A stretch of 64,000 nucleotides of DNA, the filler included, from Octopus bimaculoides (taxonomy: Eukaryota), in assembly GCF_001194135.2 (NCBI RefSeq). It is 7 parts of 7 records of this genome, joined end to end, with 100 filler letters (N's around TTAATTAATTAA, not from the genome) between each part and the next. Parts side by side here need not be neighbours in the genome. Positions count along the whole stretch, not along the records: positions 1 to 24,642 come from NC_069007.1; positions 24,743 to 50,288 come from NC_068983.1; 5 more parts are not named here. One strand, given 5' to 3'. Every line of letters starts with the position of its first letter. Position 1 is the stretch's first letter. The notes under the pieces are model-generated. The model did no database searches and was not told where the DNA came from. It saw nothing but the letters and a program-made list of their open reading frames with translations. A program made the translations under genes and the position numbers. Below, piece by piece: positions 23,455 through 36,823 of this stretch.

Positions 23455-24049
23455 NNNNNNNNNNATATTTATATATATATATATGTATGTATGTATGTAT
23501 CTATGCACATGTGTGTGTGTGTGTATGATTGTCCGTTAAAATTATTACAAATATGTTGACAACTGATAGAAAACCCAATCAATGCAAGTCATCGAGTTTA
23601 CAGATTTAGAGAGAGCTCTGTATTACTACTTTAGTTTTCCATGCCATCACTGTATTTGTGCATATATATGCATATATATATGTATATATATATAGATACA
23701 TATATATACATATATNNNNNNNNNNNNNNNNNNNNNNNNNNNNNNNNNNNNNNNNNNNNNNNNNNNNNNNNNNNNNNNNNNNNNNNNNNNNNNNNNNNNN
23801 NNNNNNNNNNNNNNNNNNNNNNNNNNNNNNNNNNNNNNNNNNNNNNNNNNNNNNNNNNNNNNNNNNNNNNNNNNNNNNNNNNNNNNNNNNNNNNNNNNNN
23901 NNNNNNNNNNNNNNNNNNNNNNNNNNNNNNNNNNNNNNNNNNNNNNNNNNNNNNNNNNNNNNNNNNNNNNNNNNNNNNNNNNNNNNNNNNNNNNNNNNNN
24001 NNNNNNNNNNNNNNNNNNNNNNNNNNNNNNNNNNNNNNNNNNNNNNNNN

Positions 24050-24080
<31 letters not shown>

Positions 24081-24276
24081 AGAAATGAGGGCAGGGAATT
24101 GTCAATTAATAATAGAATTAATAATTAACAATTTTGCCAAGTAGTTCAGTATGAAAAAAACCTTTATCGGTAAGACCATTTATCATCATTAACAATTTTG
24201 CCAAGTATTTTGACTGCTATTCTAAATTTTCAGTATGTTGGAGAAGCAACTCAATTGCTAACCCCTTATATTTATG

Positions 24277-24309
<33 letters not shown>

Positions 24310-24314
<5 letters not shown>

Positions 24315-24510
24315 TTGTTTCTCCACCCCCCCCACCATCACTTGACAATCGATGCTGGTGTGTTTACATCCTTGTAACTTAGCAGTTCAACAAAGAGACC
24401 AATAGAATAAGTACTGGGCTTACAAAAAATAAGTTCTGGGGTCTATTTACTCGACCAAAGGCAGTGCTCCAGCATGAACACAGTCAAATGACTGAAACAA
24501 ATAGAAGAAT
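24310..24510 (+). mobile_element. SINE family B, 3' part
   Basis: cacttgacaatcgatgctggtg...gtgctccagcatg...gtcaaatgactgaaacaa. Confidence 0.85.
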
Positions 24511-24562
24511 ATATATATATATATATGTAACTGTATGTGTGTGTATTTATGTAATGTATATG

Positions 24563-24602
<40 letters not shown>

Positions 24603-24642
24603 ACTGTATGTGTGTGTATTTATGTAATGTATATGTATATAT

Positions 24643-24742
24643 NNNNNNNNNNNNNNNNNNNNNNNNNNNNNNNNNNNNNNNNNNNNTTAATTAATTAANN
24701 NNNNNNNNNNNNNNNNNNNNNNNNNNNNNNNNNNNNNNNNNN
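24643..24742. other. Synthetic scaffold linker N44-TTAATTAATTAA-N44 (also 50289-50388, 54778-54877, 58405-58504, 60686-60785, 62621-62720)
   Basis: Six 100-bp blocks of the same layout; the 12-mer has stops in all six frames. Confidence 0.95.
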
Positions 24743-24824
24743 TATATATGTATATATATATGTGTGTGTGAGTGTGCGTGTGTGTATATGTATACATATA
24801 TATATGTGTATGTTTGTATATATC

Positions 24825-24877
<53 letters not shown>

Positions 24878-25466
24878 TCAAATGAAATGGCATTGTGAGC
24901 AAATATGTATAATATTTATTAAACCTACAATTTTGCATTTCATTTTATTCTCTGTTAGAATTTGTTCAATAATTTGGCAGCCTATTTCATAATAAATTGT
25001 TGGTTGAAGGAAATGTTTGCAATGCTAGAGAGCTTTGCTAACATTAAAAGCTCAACTCAGAAATGAAAATATCTATTTCTTCACTTAGGTTAATGGAAAG
25101 AATTAAAATAATATACCTTTTCTTGGAGAAAATAATAACTGAAGCACAGCATAAGGTCAGGAGTCAGATAGGATAACTTTGCAATGAGAGAAAATCATAG
25201 AGTTGCTAGCTTTGCTGAATGTGTTAGAAAGAGAGAGAGAGAGAGAGAGAGAGTGTGTGTGAATGCGTGTGTGTGTTTGTGTGTTTGTGTATGTGTGTGT
25301 GTGTGTGTATGGGTGTGGATGGGTGTGTGTTTGTAAATATATACATTTATGGAGTTATATGTGTATGTATGTGTATTACATATACACACATATGCATACG
25401 GTAGCACGCACGTATGCACACACAGACAGACAGATAGACAGCCGCGCTCACACACACATGATATAT

Positions 25467-26906
25467 ATCATCATCATCATCATCATCATCGTTTAACGTC
25501 CGCTTTCCATGCTAGTATGGGTTGGACAATTTGATTGAGGACTGGTGAAACCGGATGGCAACACCAGGCTCCAATCTAATTTGGCTGGATGCCCTTCCTA
25601 ACGCCAACCACTCAGAGAGTGTAGTGGGTGCTTTTACGTGTCACCCGCACGAAAACGGCCATGCTCGAAATGGTGTCTTTTATGTGCCACCCGCACAAGA
25701 GCCAGTCCAGGGGCACTGGCAACAATCTCGCTCGAAAACCCACAAGGCCAGTCAGGCGGTACTNNNNNNNNNNNNNNNNNNNNNNNNNNNNNNNNNNNNN
25801 NNNNNNNNNNNNNNNNNNNNNNNNNNNNNNNNNNNNNNNNNNNNNNNNNNNNNNNNNNNNNNNNNNNNNNNNNNNNNNNNNNNNNNNNNNNNNNNNNNNN
25901 NNNNNNNNNNNNNNNNNNNNNNNNNNNNNNNNNNNNNNNNNNNNNNNNNNNNNNNNNNNNNNNNNNNNNNNNNNNNNNNNNNNNNNNNNNNNNNNNNNNN
26001 NNNNNNNNNNNNNNNNNNNNNNNNNNNNNNNNNNNNNNNNNNNNNNNNNNNNNNNNNNNNNNNNNNNNNNNNNNNNNNNNNNNNNNNNNNNNNNNNNNNN
26101 NNNNNNNNNNNNNNNNNNNNNNNNNNNNNNNNNNNNNNNNNNNNNNNNNNNNNNNNNNNNNNNNNNNNNNNNNNNNNNNNNNNNNNNNNNNNNNNNNNNN
26201 NNNNNNNNNNNNNNNNNNNNNNNNNNNNNNNNNNNNNNNNNNNNNNNNNNNNNNNNNNNNNNNNNNNNNNNNNNNNNNNNNNNNNNNNNNNNNNNNNNNN
26301 NNNNNNNNNNNNNNNNNNNNNNNNNNNNNNNNNNNNNNNNNNNNNNNNNNNNNNNNNNNNNNNNNNNNNNNNNNNNNNNNNNNNNNNNNNNNNNNNNNNN
26401 NNNNNNNNNNNNNNNNNNNNNNNNNNNNNNNNNNNNNNNNNNNNNNNNNNNNNNNNNNNNNNNNNNNNNNNNNNNNNNNNNNNNNNNNNNNNNNNNNNNN
26501 NNNNNNNNNNNNNNNNNNNNNNNNNNNNNNNNNNNNNNNNNNNNNNNNNNNNNNNNNNNNNNNNNNNNNNNNNNNNNNNNNNNNNNNNNNNNNNNNNNNN
26601 NNNNNNNNNNNNNNNNNNATAGAGTTACTACCTACTCCTTTTCTGCATACTGAGCAGGGCCATCTACCTGAAGGGGTTTGTGTTTTATCTACCTTCCTAC
26701 TTATTAGGATTTTGGTTTTTGCTAGGTTGACTCTAAGGCCCTTCGATTCTAGACCTTGCTTCCACACCTTAAACTTCTCCTCTAGTTCTGATAGTGACTC
26801 CGCAATTAGTGCAAGGTCATCAGCATAGAGGAGCTCCCAGGGGCAACCTGTCTTGAATTCCTCTGTGATCGCCTGGAGGACTATGATAAATAGGAGGGGG
26901 CTGAGG
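25467..26906 (-). mobile_element. RTE-clade LINE, 5'-truncated, spanning an N gap
   Basis: LSPLLFIIVLQAITEEFKTGCPWELLYADD...RWPCSVCRKGVGSNS at 26620-26906. The 3' UTR and (ATG)n tail are at 25467-25763. Confidence 0.9.
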
Positions 26907-26943
<37 letters not shown>

Positions 26944-27187
26944 ATATATATATATATTGTATATGTGTATAGTTATTATGCATACATATATCATAACCAT
27001 CATCATCATCATTTTGCATGTGTATTCCAGGCTGCAGCTGATACACACACACACACACACACATATACATATATATATATACACATATACAGACACATAC
27101 ATAAATATGTGTCTATATATATGTGTGTGTGTGTGTGTGTGCGTGTGTGTGTGTATATATATATTTATATTCATACATAAATGTGTA

Positions 27188-27236
<49 letters not shown>

Positions 27237-27877
27237 TATATATATATATATGCATGTATATATATATTATATATATGTTATATACATATATTATATATAT
27301 ATATATACACACAGACTTACATACATGTATATAAACACATACACACACATACATTCATACGTACATACATATATGCATACACATACACTCACACACCACA
27401 CATGTACTAACATAAAGTGAACATGAACATGTATTTATTAGGTTACATGGCGTACAGATGGCATGTAATAAATGTGGCTTGTTTAATATTGCAAATGCCA
27501 TGTTCACAAACTGAACACTTGAATTAAAGAAGACGTTCATGCAAACATTACTTTTGTGAAAAAAAAATATGGAAAGACGACGTAAGCAGGATATCTCAGT
27601 CATCATCAAAACACCATGAAATATGTATGTATGTATAAATATATACATATAATTATGTGCTCTTCAATGGTTTTACACCCCTCCACCACGCATGCATACC
27701 TGTACATATATATTTGTATGTATGAATGTATAAATTTGTGCATATATTAATATGTGTGTGTGTGTGAGTATACATACAAATTATGTAACAGGAGAAAAGT
27801 ATATTTATTCAAAATTTCATCACTCTGCAATTGTTTCAAAAGCAGTAGTAACAGCTGCATCCATCAATACATGCTTG

Positions 27878-27904
<27 letters not shown>

Positions 27905-27908
<4 letters not shown>

Positions 27909-28160
27909 CGTGAGTGTAGTGGGTGCTTTTACATGCCACCGGCACGGGAGCTAGTCAGACGGCATTGGCAATGGTCACGCTCAAAATGGTGTTGTTTACA
28001 TGCCACCTGCACAGGAGCCAGTCCAGCAGCACTGGCAATGACCTCGGTCGAATGATTTTCTAGCGTGCCACCGGCACAAGTGTCGGCAAGGTGACGCTGG
28101 TAACGATCACCCTCAAATGGTACTATTTACTGAAGCCAGACAGCTGCTCTGGCAATGATC
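27905..28160 (-). mobile_element. RTE 3' UTR fragment (four diverged ~65-bp modules)
   Basis: gtgtagtgggtgcttttacatgccaccggcac... modules matching 44101-44400. Confidence 0.85.
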
Positions 28161-28283
28161 ACATATATAATATATACAAACACACACACATAATGTATAT
28201 AAATGTATATATACATACATGTACATATGTGTGTATATATACATACATGTACATACGTGTGTATATATACATACATGTACATA

Positions 28284-28435
<152 letters not shown>

Positions 28436-29214
28436 ATGATATATAGATTTAAGTAATCTGGTAGTATTCATAAAAAAGCTCCTTAATTTGTCATAGCATA
28501 AACCATATAGATTATATGGTAATATACATTAAAAATGAATAAGGAGAATATAAAGATATATATGATGGAAAAAAATGATGAATTTTATTCGACTATAAAC
28601 ATTGAAAAATCGCTACAAATTTGTTTCAGTAGTCCCCAAACATGTAAATAGCTTATATTATCGAATTTAATAATAGATAAGCTACTCACATGTCTGCATT
28701 AATTTGAAATATGAAAAGTTCACAGAAGATAATACATAATTTGGGCTACCTCATGAGGTGAAATTTAATATACCTTCTCAACTTTATGATATACGAATGC
28801 TGTGCTATAAATTTTTAAAAATTATGGAAGACGATAATGACAGAACTATAAATAAATAAAAAGGTTTCTCTGATAAATTAAAGAGGATTTGAGTAATATA
28901 ACCAAAAAGTTAATAATTGTATAAACGTTATTGTTATTTAAATAATTACCAAATATCAATTATTATTATAATATAAATGGTGCATTTAACAGTATAGATA
29001 AATATGTATACAAACATGCACACACATATATATATGTATGTATACATATGTATATATATGTGTACAATGTAAACATCAGATGTGTAATAGCTGTGTAAGG
29101 TGTAGTATGGAGTCACAAGGTGGCTATACTTTTTGTGTTACAGATGCACATGTGCAATGTAACACTAAGTGCACACTGGAAACATATTTTCTCAAATGCC
29201 TTCAACCCTCCTTT

Positions 29215-29646
29215 GTCATACTGGCAGAATTGTTAGCATGCCAGGCAAAATACTTAACAGCGTTTTGCGTTCTGAGTTCAAATTCCACTGAGGTCAATTT
29301 TGCCTGTCGTCTTTTTGCGATCAATATAATAAGTACCAGCTGAGCACTTAGGGCTGATTTAGTTGACTTACATTCACCCACCAAAATTGTTGGCCTTGTA
29401 CCAAAACTTGAAGCCAAATACTTGTGTTTTATAGGTGAGTTAATTATTGACAGAGGTGAATGTCCTGAGAATGTTGTTGTCAAAAGAAGAAAGAATTGTA
29501 GAAAGCTCAGTTTCTGTCTGCCAAATTCACTTGCAAAGTATTAGTTGGCCCAGAACTAAAGTAAAATATACTTGCTCAAGTTGCTGGATTGAACCCAGAA
29601 ATCACATGCTTACAAAGTGAGTTTCTTCATCGCACAGCCATGCCTG
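29215..29646. mobile_element. SINE A (+, 29215-29415) and partial SINE B (-, 29510-29646)
   Basis: Family-diagnostic motifs as above. Confidence 0.8.
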
Positions 29647-30563
29647 CTGTGAATTTCAATATCAAATGCTTTGTTTGTAGAGGAGAATCTAAATGCTCTT
29701 CTAAGTAGGAATTTCAACACTGATATTTTGTATTTGTGTAGATATTCATAGTCAGCATCTAAGTACAGTACATTTATCAACAATCACTATTCAAACAAAG
29801 TAATAGACCAAACCACAGAACAATACAAACACTAATACAATAAATACAGCAGACTCTAAACTTATTACAAACACATAAAGCATACATATAATGAAATGTA
29901 CTATATGTATCAAATCGCATTAATGTATAGAATAGATGAACACATTATCAAAATAAGCTTCATGAAACAGAATTTCTAATGCATTAACACCAAACTGTAA
30001 AGTAACATTTGTAATATTCAACAAAAACTCCAAAATTAGCAATATTCTATCTATTACAAACCATAAATCTGTGACCCACGAACAAACTAATACTGACCAA
30101 TGTTATTTAAATATTCAATTGTAAATGAGAAAATTGAAGATTCCATTACTCCAAGAGTTGTGTCATTTATATAAGTATGACACTCTCATGCTGGCTTGCC
30201 ATGCCTTGATAACAAGAAGCAATTGTAATAAACTACATCACACAGTCTTAGTCTTAGGTCTGTCATAAGATCTAGAACTCATAAAGCAGGAGTTTAACCC
30301 AATTCCCATGGCATAGAAGTGACTGAGATTACAGCGTTCATTCCAACCGGATACGATGCTAGTCTGTCACAGGTTTAATTTCCCAACTATTGTTGGAATT
30401 CCTTTTTGCAGCTGAGTGTGGACTAGAGTAATGTGAAATATATGAAATGGCAATAGTAACTATACAATATAACTCAGATTTTCATATTTTTCATATTCAA
30501 GTGTATTGAATAATCAACAGCCAAACAAAAGCTCACTACTCACTTGAATATCAGTGACATATG

Positions 30564-30597
<34 letters not shown>

Positions 30598-31605
30598 CTA
30601 GCAGCTAAGCCCAGTTTCACCCAGTTTGTTTGGATGATGTGGCTGTGATCGTTTTCGGTTAGGCATAATCTCTAACAGCGTTTCTTAACCTTATCATTTT
30701 GGATCCCCTGCTTTGATTGGAGCCTCCAGCTGAAGGAAAATTCTCCCCACCCCCACCGACCTTTTCAGAAAACAGCTTCAGGAGTTATGAAGAATGAATT
30801 TGTACGTAGTCTGTTTCTGAGCGCTATTCTTTTGGACCTCTGTCTAATCATTAAAACATTGATTTAATTATGAAGATAGAAAATATTGTACATTAATCCA
30901 TATTTTTGTAAGCAGTTGTATCTGTAAAAATTTTATTTGCAGAGAGCAGAAATTGAAAGAAGATATATGAAATGGACGTGTGCGTGTGTATGTGTGTGTA
31001 TGTTTGTGTGTGTGTATGTGTGCGTGCGTGCATGCATACGCGCTTGCATGTGTGTATATGTTTACAATAGTTGATTAATGGAAAAGATTATGTTAAATTT
31101 TTGAAATGCAAATATGTGAATGAAAATTAAGTTCAGACCTTTACATGGTTGTTAGATGTGGTAAAAATAGCGGCCAAATCTCCCTCAAAACGCCCTACTG
31201 TCTTAATCCGACAATTCTGCCTGTTATGTAGTGTGAATGAGAAACTGTAACTAAAGATTAAGATTATTAACCCCACAAAGAGGTGAAAGAAGAGAGACAG
31301 CATAGCGAAAGTTTTGACTGACTATCATTCTGTACTCCCCTTGTTGCTAGTGAAATGGTGAATGCCGGCTGTGTGAGCAACTGGTTGTTGTAATGGCGGA
31401 ACAAAGAGGGAAATTCCATTAGAATAGTTTTAATCGATTTTCTCGGTAAGTATGGGGGCTAGGAAAAAATACAAACCGCATTCCTGTCTATGCACCCGTC
31501 TGCACATGTGTGCCATTTTTCATGTGAATCCACCCAGCCGTTCGGCTGTGAACCTCAAGACAAGAAAGAATACAACAATCGCCCATGTCCAATTTATATT
31601 ATAGA
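30598..31605 (-). mobile_element. Non-autonomous Helitron with internal (TG)n
   Basis: Minus strand host A, 5'-TC at 31605, 3'-CTAG at 30601-30598, host T. A CpG-decayed subterminal hairpin (cccag-tttcac-ccagt) lies near the CTAG end, and an internal hairpin cagccg-tt-cggctg at about 31535-31548. Confidence 0.8.
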
Positions 31606-31669
31606 TATGCAGAATGTAGGTTACTTAAAATATGTTTGTGACATATTTCAACTGCTAAAAGGCAAATAC

Positions 31670-32015
31670 ACTGCAGCTACAATGGAGAAAATATCTTTCT
31701 CATTGTAAAAAGTGTGAAAACACCTGGTTTGTTCAGTATTGACATCTGTCAAGAACCCCAAACACCGATATTTTCAGATATTGATTGGGCAATCTACTAG
31801 TGCAAATCGGTCAAAGTTGTTAACTGAATTATACATAAAGCTATTGCTTTATAAGTTTGTTCAGAGTTGTCTCTCTTAGGTACATCCCATTGACAAGAGT
31901 CAATAAACTCAAAACATCGATGTCTGGGATTCTTGATAGATGGCTACACTGAACAAACCAGGTGTTTTCAAACCTCTTACCATAAGAGAGATATTTTCTT
32001 TACAATAACTGCAGT
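31670..32015. mobile_element. MITE-like element with ~105-bp imperfect inverted arms
   Basis: 31670-31774 vs 31911-32015, including the exact gaaaacacctggtttgttcagt inversion; ends ACTGCAG/CTGCAGT. Confidence 0.8.
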
Positions 32016-32049
32016 CCCTGAAAGATTAGCAAAGTGCATTGAGCTCCAC

Positions 32050-32205
32050 GGAGAGCACACGGAGCTTTAATAAACATCACGTTTTATGTTGCAACAAACT
32101 TTAGTGTACCCTGTGTTACTTTCTGTATTGTTATAGCTCATTTCTTCTATGTTACATTTATCATGTTGAAATAAAAATGTATAGTTATTTTTGGCGGACC
32201 CTGTA
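32050..32205. mobile_element. Tc1/mariner-like terminal fragment
   Basis: Ends ttggcggaccctg followed by TA (CAGGGT-type TIR); no partner end seen. Confidence 0.45.
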
Positions 32206-32508
32206 TATATATATACTAGAATAACAAATAGAATGTCTTTGGAACAGTATTATATATTTGAAAAAAAAATGAATAAAAATGGCTTTTCTGACAATTTTTC
32301 CACTATAATTATTAAATGCTTATAAGCTTACAAGTCTATCTAATTATTAAAGTGGAAGAATTATCAGAAAGCCATTTCTATTCATTTTTCATACATATAT
32401 ATCTATATATATATATATATACACACACACATATATATATATATACATATTTATATACATATATACATCCACACTCACACACACACATATGTATGTATAT
32501 TTATATAC

Positions 32509-32550
<42 letters not shown>

Positions 32551-32639
32551 AAATAGTAAATGAGTATATGCATATATACGTACAGGTATGTGCATACCGA
32601 CATCCACCTGTATGTATAGGTGCATATCTGGGTACAGGA

Positions 32640-33161
32640 CATTGCAAACAAAACAGAGACGAGAAAATACACAAGCCACATAGAGAACATTCTACTTCAT
32701 CAGCTACCTCCGTTTTAACACCAGCGTTTCGAAGAGCTAGGCAGGACGCATCGTTAAAACAGCTCTTCCCATGGACCGCAAATTAAATTTGTATACACAA
32801 ATTAAATCTTGCCATGGAGGAGTGTTGTGGCGGACAAAAACAAGACAGGAAAACAAACAGAAAAGGCTTTACGGCCAGACGAGAAAAATTGTTTGTGTAT
32901 GAACGCTGTGAGGCACGAACTTGAAAGTAGGGACGAAATGGTTCGTGTGTTTGCTCGGCGACAGCCAAGGAAGAAAAGAATTATTGACCGGAAGCATGTG
33001 ACCATGCCGGTGTAAGGGGAAGAGAGAGAGTGGCAGAGGGAGAAACAAAGGGAGGAAGTAGACGAATAGGTGAGCAGCGAGAGGAAAAGAGAAAGAGAGG
33101 AAGTACGAGGGAGAAAAAAGAGATACGTAGTAGTAACAGAGGAAGAACGAGAGGGGTAAAG

Positions 33162-33165
<4 letters not shown>
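32640..33165 (-). repeat. Unclassified interspersed repeat; a related fragment lies at 63203-63330 (+)
   Basis: Shared ctcttcgaaacgc...gtagctgatga...aatgttctctatgtg. Both copies abut (TA)n. Confidence 0.6.
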
Positions 33166-33206
<41 letters not shown>

Positions 33207-33374
33207 AGTTGGGTTTGAAGTTGGGGTATTTCCAGAGAAGCACTCAACCTGAATACTGGACTATCAACATTGTTGGGATCCATGCCAAAGTTGGAATACT
33301 TCTGGTGTAGAAAATCCAAGTTTCATGTCAATTATACTGCCGTATGGTTTGGTGAAGAGTAAATAATCCAAAGT

Positions 33375-33797
33375 AAAGAAGAAGACAAAGGAAATTCTTT
33401 AACACATCTTTAAGTCACAAATGTTTCCGTGCCATCTCCATTTGCAACACCAGTTTACGTGAAAATGCTAAAAGAAAAATCATGTGGTATTTACAGTTTT
33501 AGGCATTGGAGAGACACTTCTTCAGACTTGCATCAAAGGTGTGCTGTTACATCATCATCTTTCAGACCTTGTTATTAGGAAAATATTTTAGGAGGAAATA
33601 AAAAAGGAAAAAAATTTAAAATGTGAATGTGGGATAAGTATGTGGAGCACACCTCTCCAATGCCTAAAACTGCAAAAATTATGATATTTTTGTTTTAGAA
33701 TTTTCACATAAACTGATGTTGCTAATGGGGATGGTTCAGAAACATTTGTAACTTATAATTAAAGATGTGTTAAAGAATTTTCTTTGTCTTCTTCTTT
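33375..33797. mobile_element. MITE-like element with ~140-bp imperfect inverted arms
   Basis: 33375-33513 vs 33653-33797 (aaagaagaagacaaag...aattctttaacacatcttta; cagttttaggcattggagag). Confidence 0.8.
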
Positions 33798-33821
33798 TCA
33801 TTATATGTATGTATGTATGTA

Positions 33822-34090
33822 TGTGGCTTAGTGGTTAGGATGTTGGACTCATGATAGTAAGATTGTAGAAGATTGTGGTTTCAATTCCTCAACCAGGTCA
33901 CATGTGTTTTGGAGCTAAGCACTTCATTTTACATTGCTCCAGTCCATTATACTGCTTAAAAAAAGTAATCCTGTTATGGGTGTGCATGTCTGTGGAGTGC
34001 TCAGCCACTTACATGTTAATTCCACGAGCAGGCTGTTCAGTTGATTGAATCAACTGGAACTCTTCATGTTGCAACTGAAAGAGTGACAGT
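33822..34090 (+). mobile_element. SINE family D
   Basis: gtggcttagtggttaggatgttggactcatgat...gtttcaattcc. Confidence 0.8.
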
Positions 34091-34443
34091 GTATATGGGT
34101 GTGTGCGTGTGTGTGTGTGAGTGTGCCTTTTTTTTTATTCTTCCTTTGTTTTGACATTGTTTGCATGTTGTATATAAAGCAAAGCCAACATCTGTCCAAA
34201 TACTCCCAATGACTACAATCTGTCGCAAAATCATGTCCAATCATTCAGTCGTCCGTTATTTAAAGGACTAGAGGAAATATCATCATATGTGGAAACAGGT
34301 GAGAGTTGGCAACAGGAAGAGCATCTGCTTGCAGAAAATCTGCCTAAGTAATTTTCATCTCATCCATGCCAGCATGGGAAAGTGGATGTTAAAATAATGA
34401 TGATGTTAAAGATGATGATAATGATGATGATAATTCTAATTAA

Positions 34444-34486
<43 letters not shown>

Positions 34487-35037
34487 TATAATTACACATA
34501 CACAACATACACATTGGTACATACATATAAATATGTATGTATATGCGTATACGAATACACACAAACATACACTTTCACACACACAGACACACCTTACACC
34601 CTTCTCCCACACGCACACACAAATACACTCACTCACAAATATATTTATATATTTATTGTTCGTGTGCAAAACTTTGTTATTAATATATGATGTTCAATTG
34701 TAAAAAGAAATTAACAAACACATTGGTTACACATGCAGAAAATTAATTTTCCAATATAGTTTCCTGATTTTTGTTTCAGGAATGTTTTTTCTTCCAAAAC
34801 CTAATCAGGTAGATATACTTCAACAACAATATCTTATTAAAATCAAAACCAGTCAATGTACTATTTCCCTGGCACCATCTGTGCAGATTACCAGATTACC
34901 AAGTTTGTATTGTGTTTGCTTGTGTTTGAGTTTGAGTGGCATTCATATATGTATAGACATATACAAGGATACACATATATATTTATACACACACACACAC
35001 ACATATATATACATATACATATATATATATATATATA

Positions 35038-35286
35038 TCGTCGTCGTTTAACGTCCGCTTTCCATGCTAGCATGGGTTGGACGATTTGACTGAGGACTGG
35101 TAAAACCAGATGGCTACACCAGGCTCCAATCTGATTTGGCAGTGTTTCTACAGCTGGATACCCTTCCTAATGCCAACCACTCAGAGAGTGTAGTGGGTGC
35201 TTTTACGTGTCACCCGCATGAAGGCCAGTCAGGCGGTACTGGCAACGGCCATGCTCATCTCGCTCGAGAAACCTCATGTGTCACCT
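35038..35286 (-). mobile_element. RTE 3' end (short + strand RTE ends also at 34300-34430, 35900-35960, 49790-49885; - strand at 40270-40410)
   Basis: cgtttaacgtccgctttccatgctagcatgggttggacg... directly after (TA)n. Confidence 0.85.
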
Positions 35287-36139
35287 NNNNNNNNNNNNNN
35301 NNNNNNNNNNNNNNNNNNNNNNNNNNNNNNNNNNNNNNNNNNNNNNNNNNNNNNNNNNNNNNNNNNNNNNNNNNNNNNNNNNNNNNNNNNNNNNNNNNNN
35401 NNNNNNNNNNNNNNNNNNNNNNNNNNNNNNNNNNNNNNNNNNNNNNNNNNNNNNNNNNNNNNNNNNNNNNNNNNNNNNNNNNNNNNNNNNNNNNNNNNNN
35501 NNNNNNNNNNNNNNNNNNNNNNNNNNNNNNNNNNNNNNNNNNNNNNNNNNNNNNNNNNNNNNNNNNNNNNNNNNNNNNNNNNNNNNNNNNNNNNNNNNNN
35601 NNNNNNNNNNNNNNNNNNNNNNNNNNNNNNNNNNNNNNNNNNNNNNNNNNNNNNNNNNNNNNNNNNNNNNNNNNNNNNNNNNNNNNNNNNNNNNNNNNNN
35701 NNNNNNNNNNNNNNNNNNNNNNNNNNNNNNNNNNNNNNNNNNNNNNNNNNNNNNNNNNNNATATATATAAATACACATACATATGCATATATATATATTT
35801 TTTCTGTGTGTGTGTATATATATATATATATAGATATATATATATGTGTGTGTATGTATGCATGTATGTATGCATGTATGTATGTATGTATGTATGTAAA
35901 CATAATTTCATCTAACCCATGCCAGCATGGAAAACAGACGTTAAAGGATGGTGATGATGATGGTGATGATGATGATGATGATGATGATGATGACGATGAC
36001 AACAATGATATTCCTTTATTCTTTTAGGAGTTTCAAGTGATAGGTTGTAGCCATGCTGGAGCACTGCCTTAGTTTAATGTTTATTTATTTATTTATTACC
36101 ATTTTCATTTGTCAGTGTCAGTTTTGTTGAAGTTTTAGG

Positions 36140-36715
36140 GCTGGAAGTTGGTCTGTAATTCAGTCAGTAGCAGTTGACCCTTTATATCAGCTGATCCTTC
36201 CTTGAGTTGAGCCTTGTGTATGTAGTTGGCTGATCCATCATTTTGGTTAGTTGTTGATCCAGTATTTTCTTGAATGTTTCATTAGAAGTTCCTTTTATGC
36301 TTCTAACTCCTTTAGGTTAACAGTTGAACACTTGAGGGCCACTAAATATCAGATTGTTGCAGTATAGTGTCCTACTTCATGATTTTGAAAGTGCTATATG
36401 TGGAGGCATGTGCAATATGTCAGCTCTTGAATAAAAGTTTTCTTTAATGCTGAAGCTTGGATCCTGACCTTCAAGGGTTTTCCTCACATATATAACAATA
36501 TATATCTCTCTATGTTGTTGAAAGGTTTAGAAACGTAGAACTTTGAGACATTCCTAGTAATTAAATGTTTTAACTGACGTCATTTTGTAAGTGAATGTTC
36601 TCTGTAGGCCTTCAATTTCTTTTTCTGAGACCAGGTGTGTTTGGAGACCAAAGTTGTGAAAAGCAATCTAGTCTACTCAAAACTGTGGTTTTCCTTAGAG
36701 TCTGCATAACTACTA
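36140..36715 (-). mobile_element. CR1-like LINE ORF2 3' fragment, decayed
   Basis: Minus translation TLRKTTVLSRLDCFSQLWSP, EIEGLQRTFT..NY*ECLKVL, GPQVFNC*PKGVRSI..ETFKKILDQQL..DQP. Confidence 0.75.
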
Positions 36716-36781
36716 GCTGTCTATACATATACATGTATATTTGTACATATATGTATATTTGTATGTGTGTGTGTGTATGTA

Positions 36782-36823
<42 letters not shown>

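Noticed and set aside
24687-24698. TTAATTAATTAA as a biological motif
   Set aside because: It always sits centred in a 100-bp N block; it is a synthetic six-frame stop linker.
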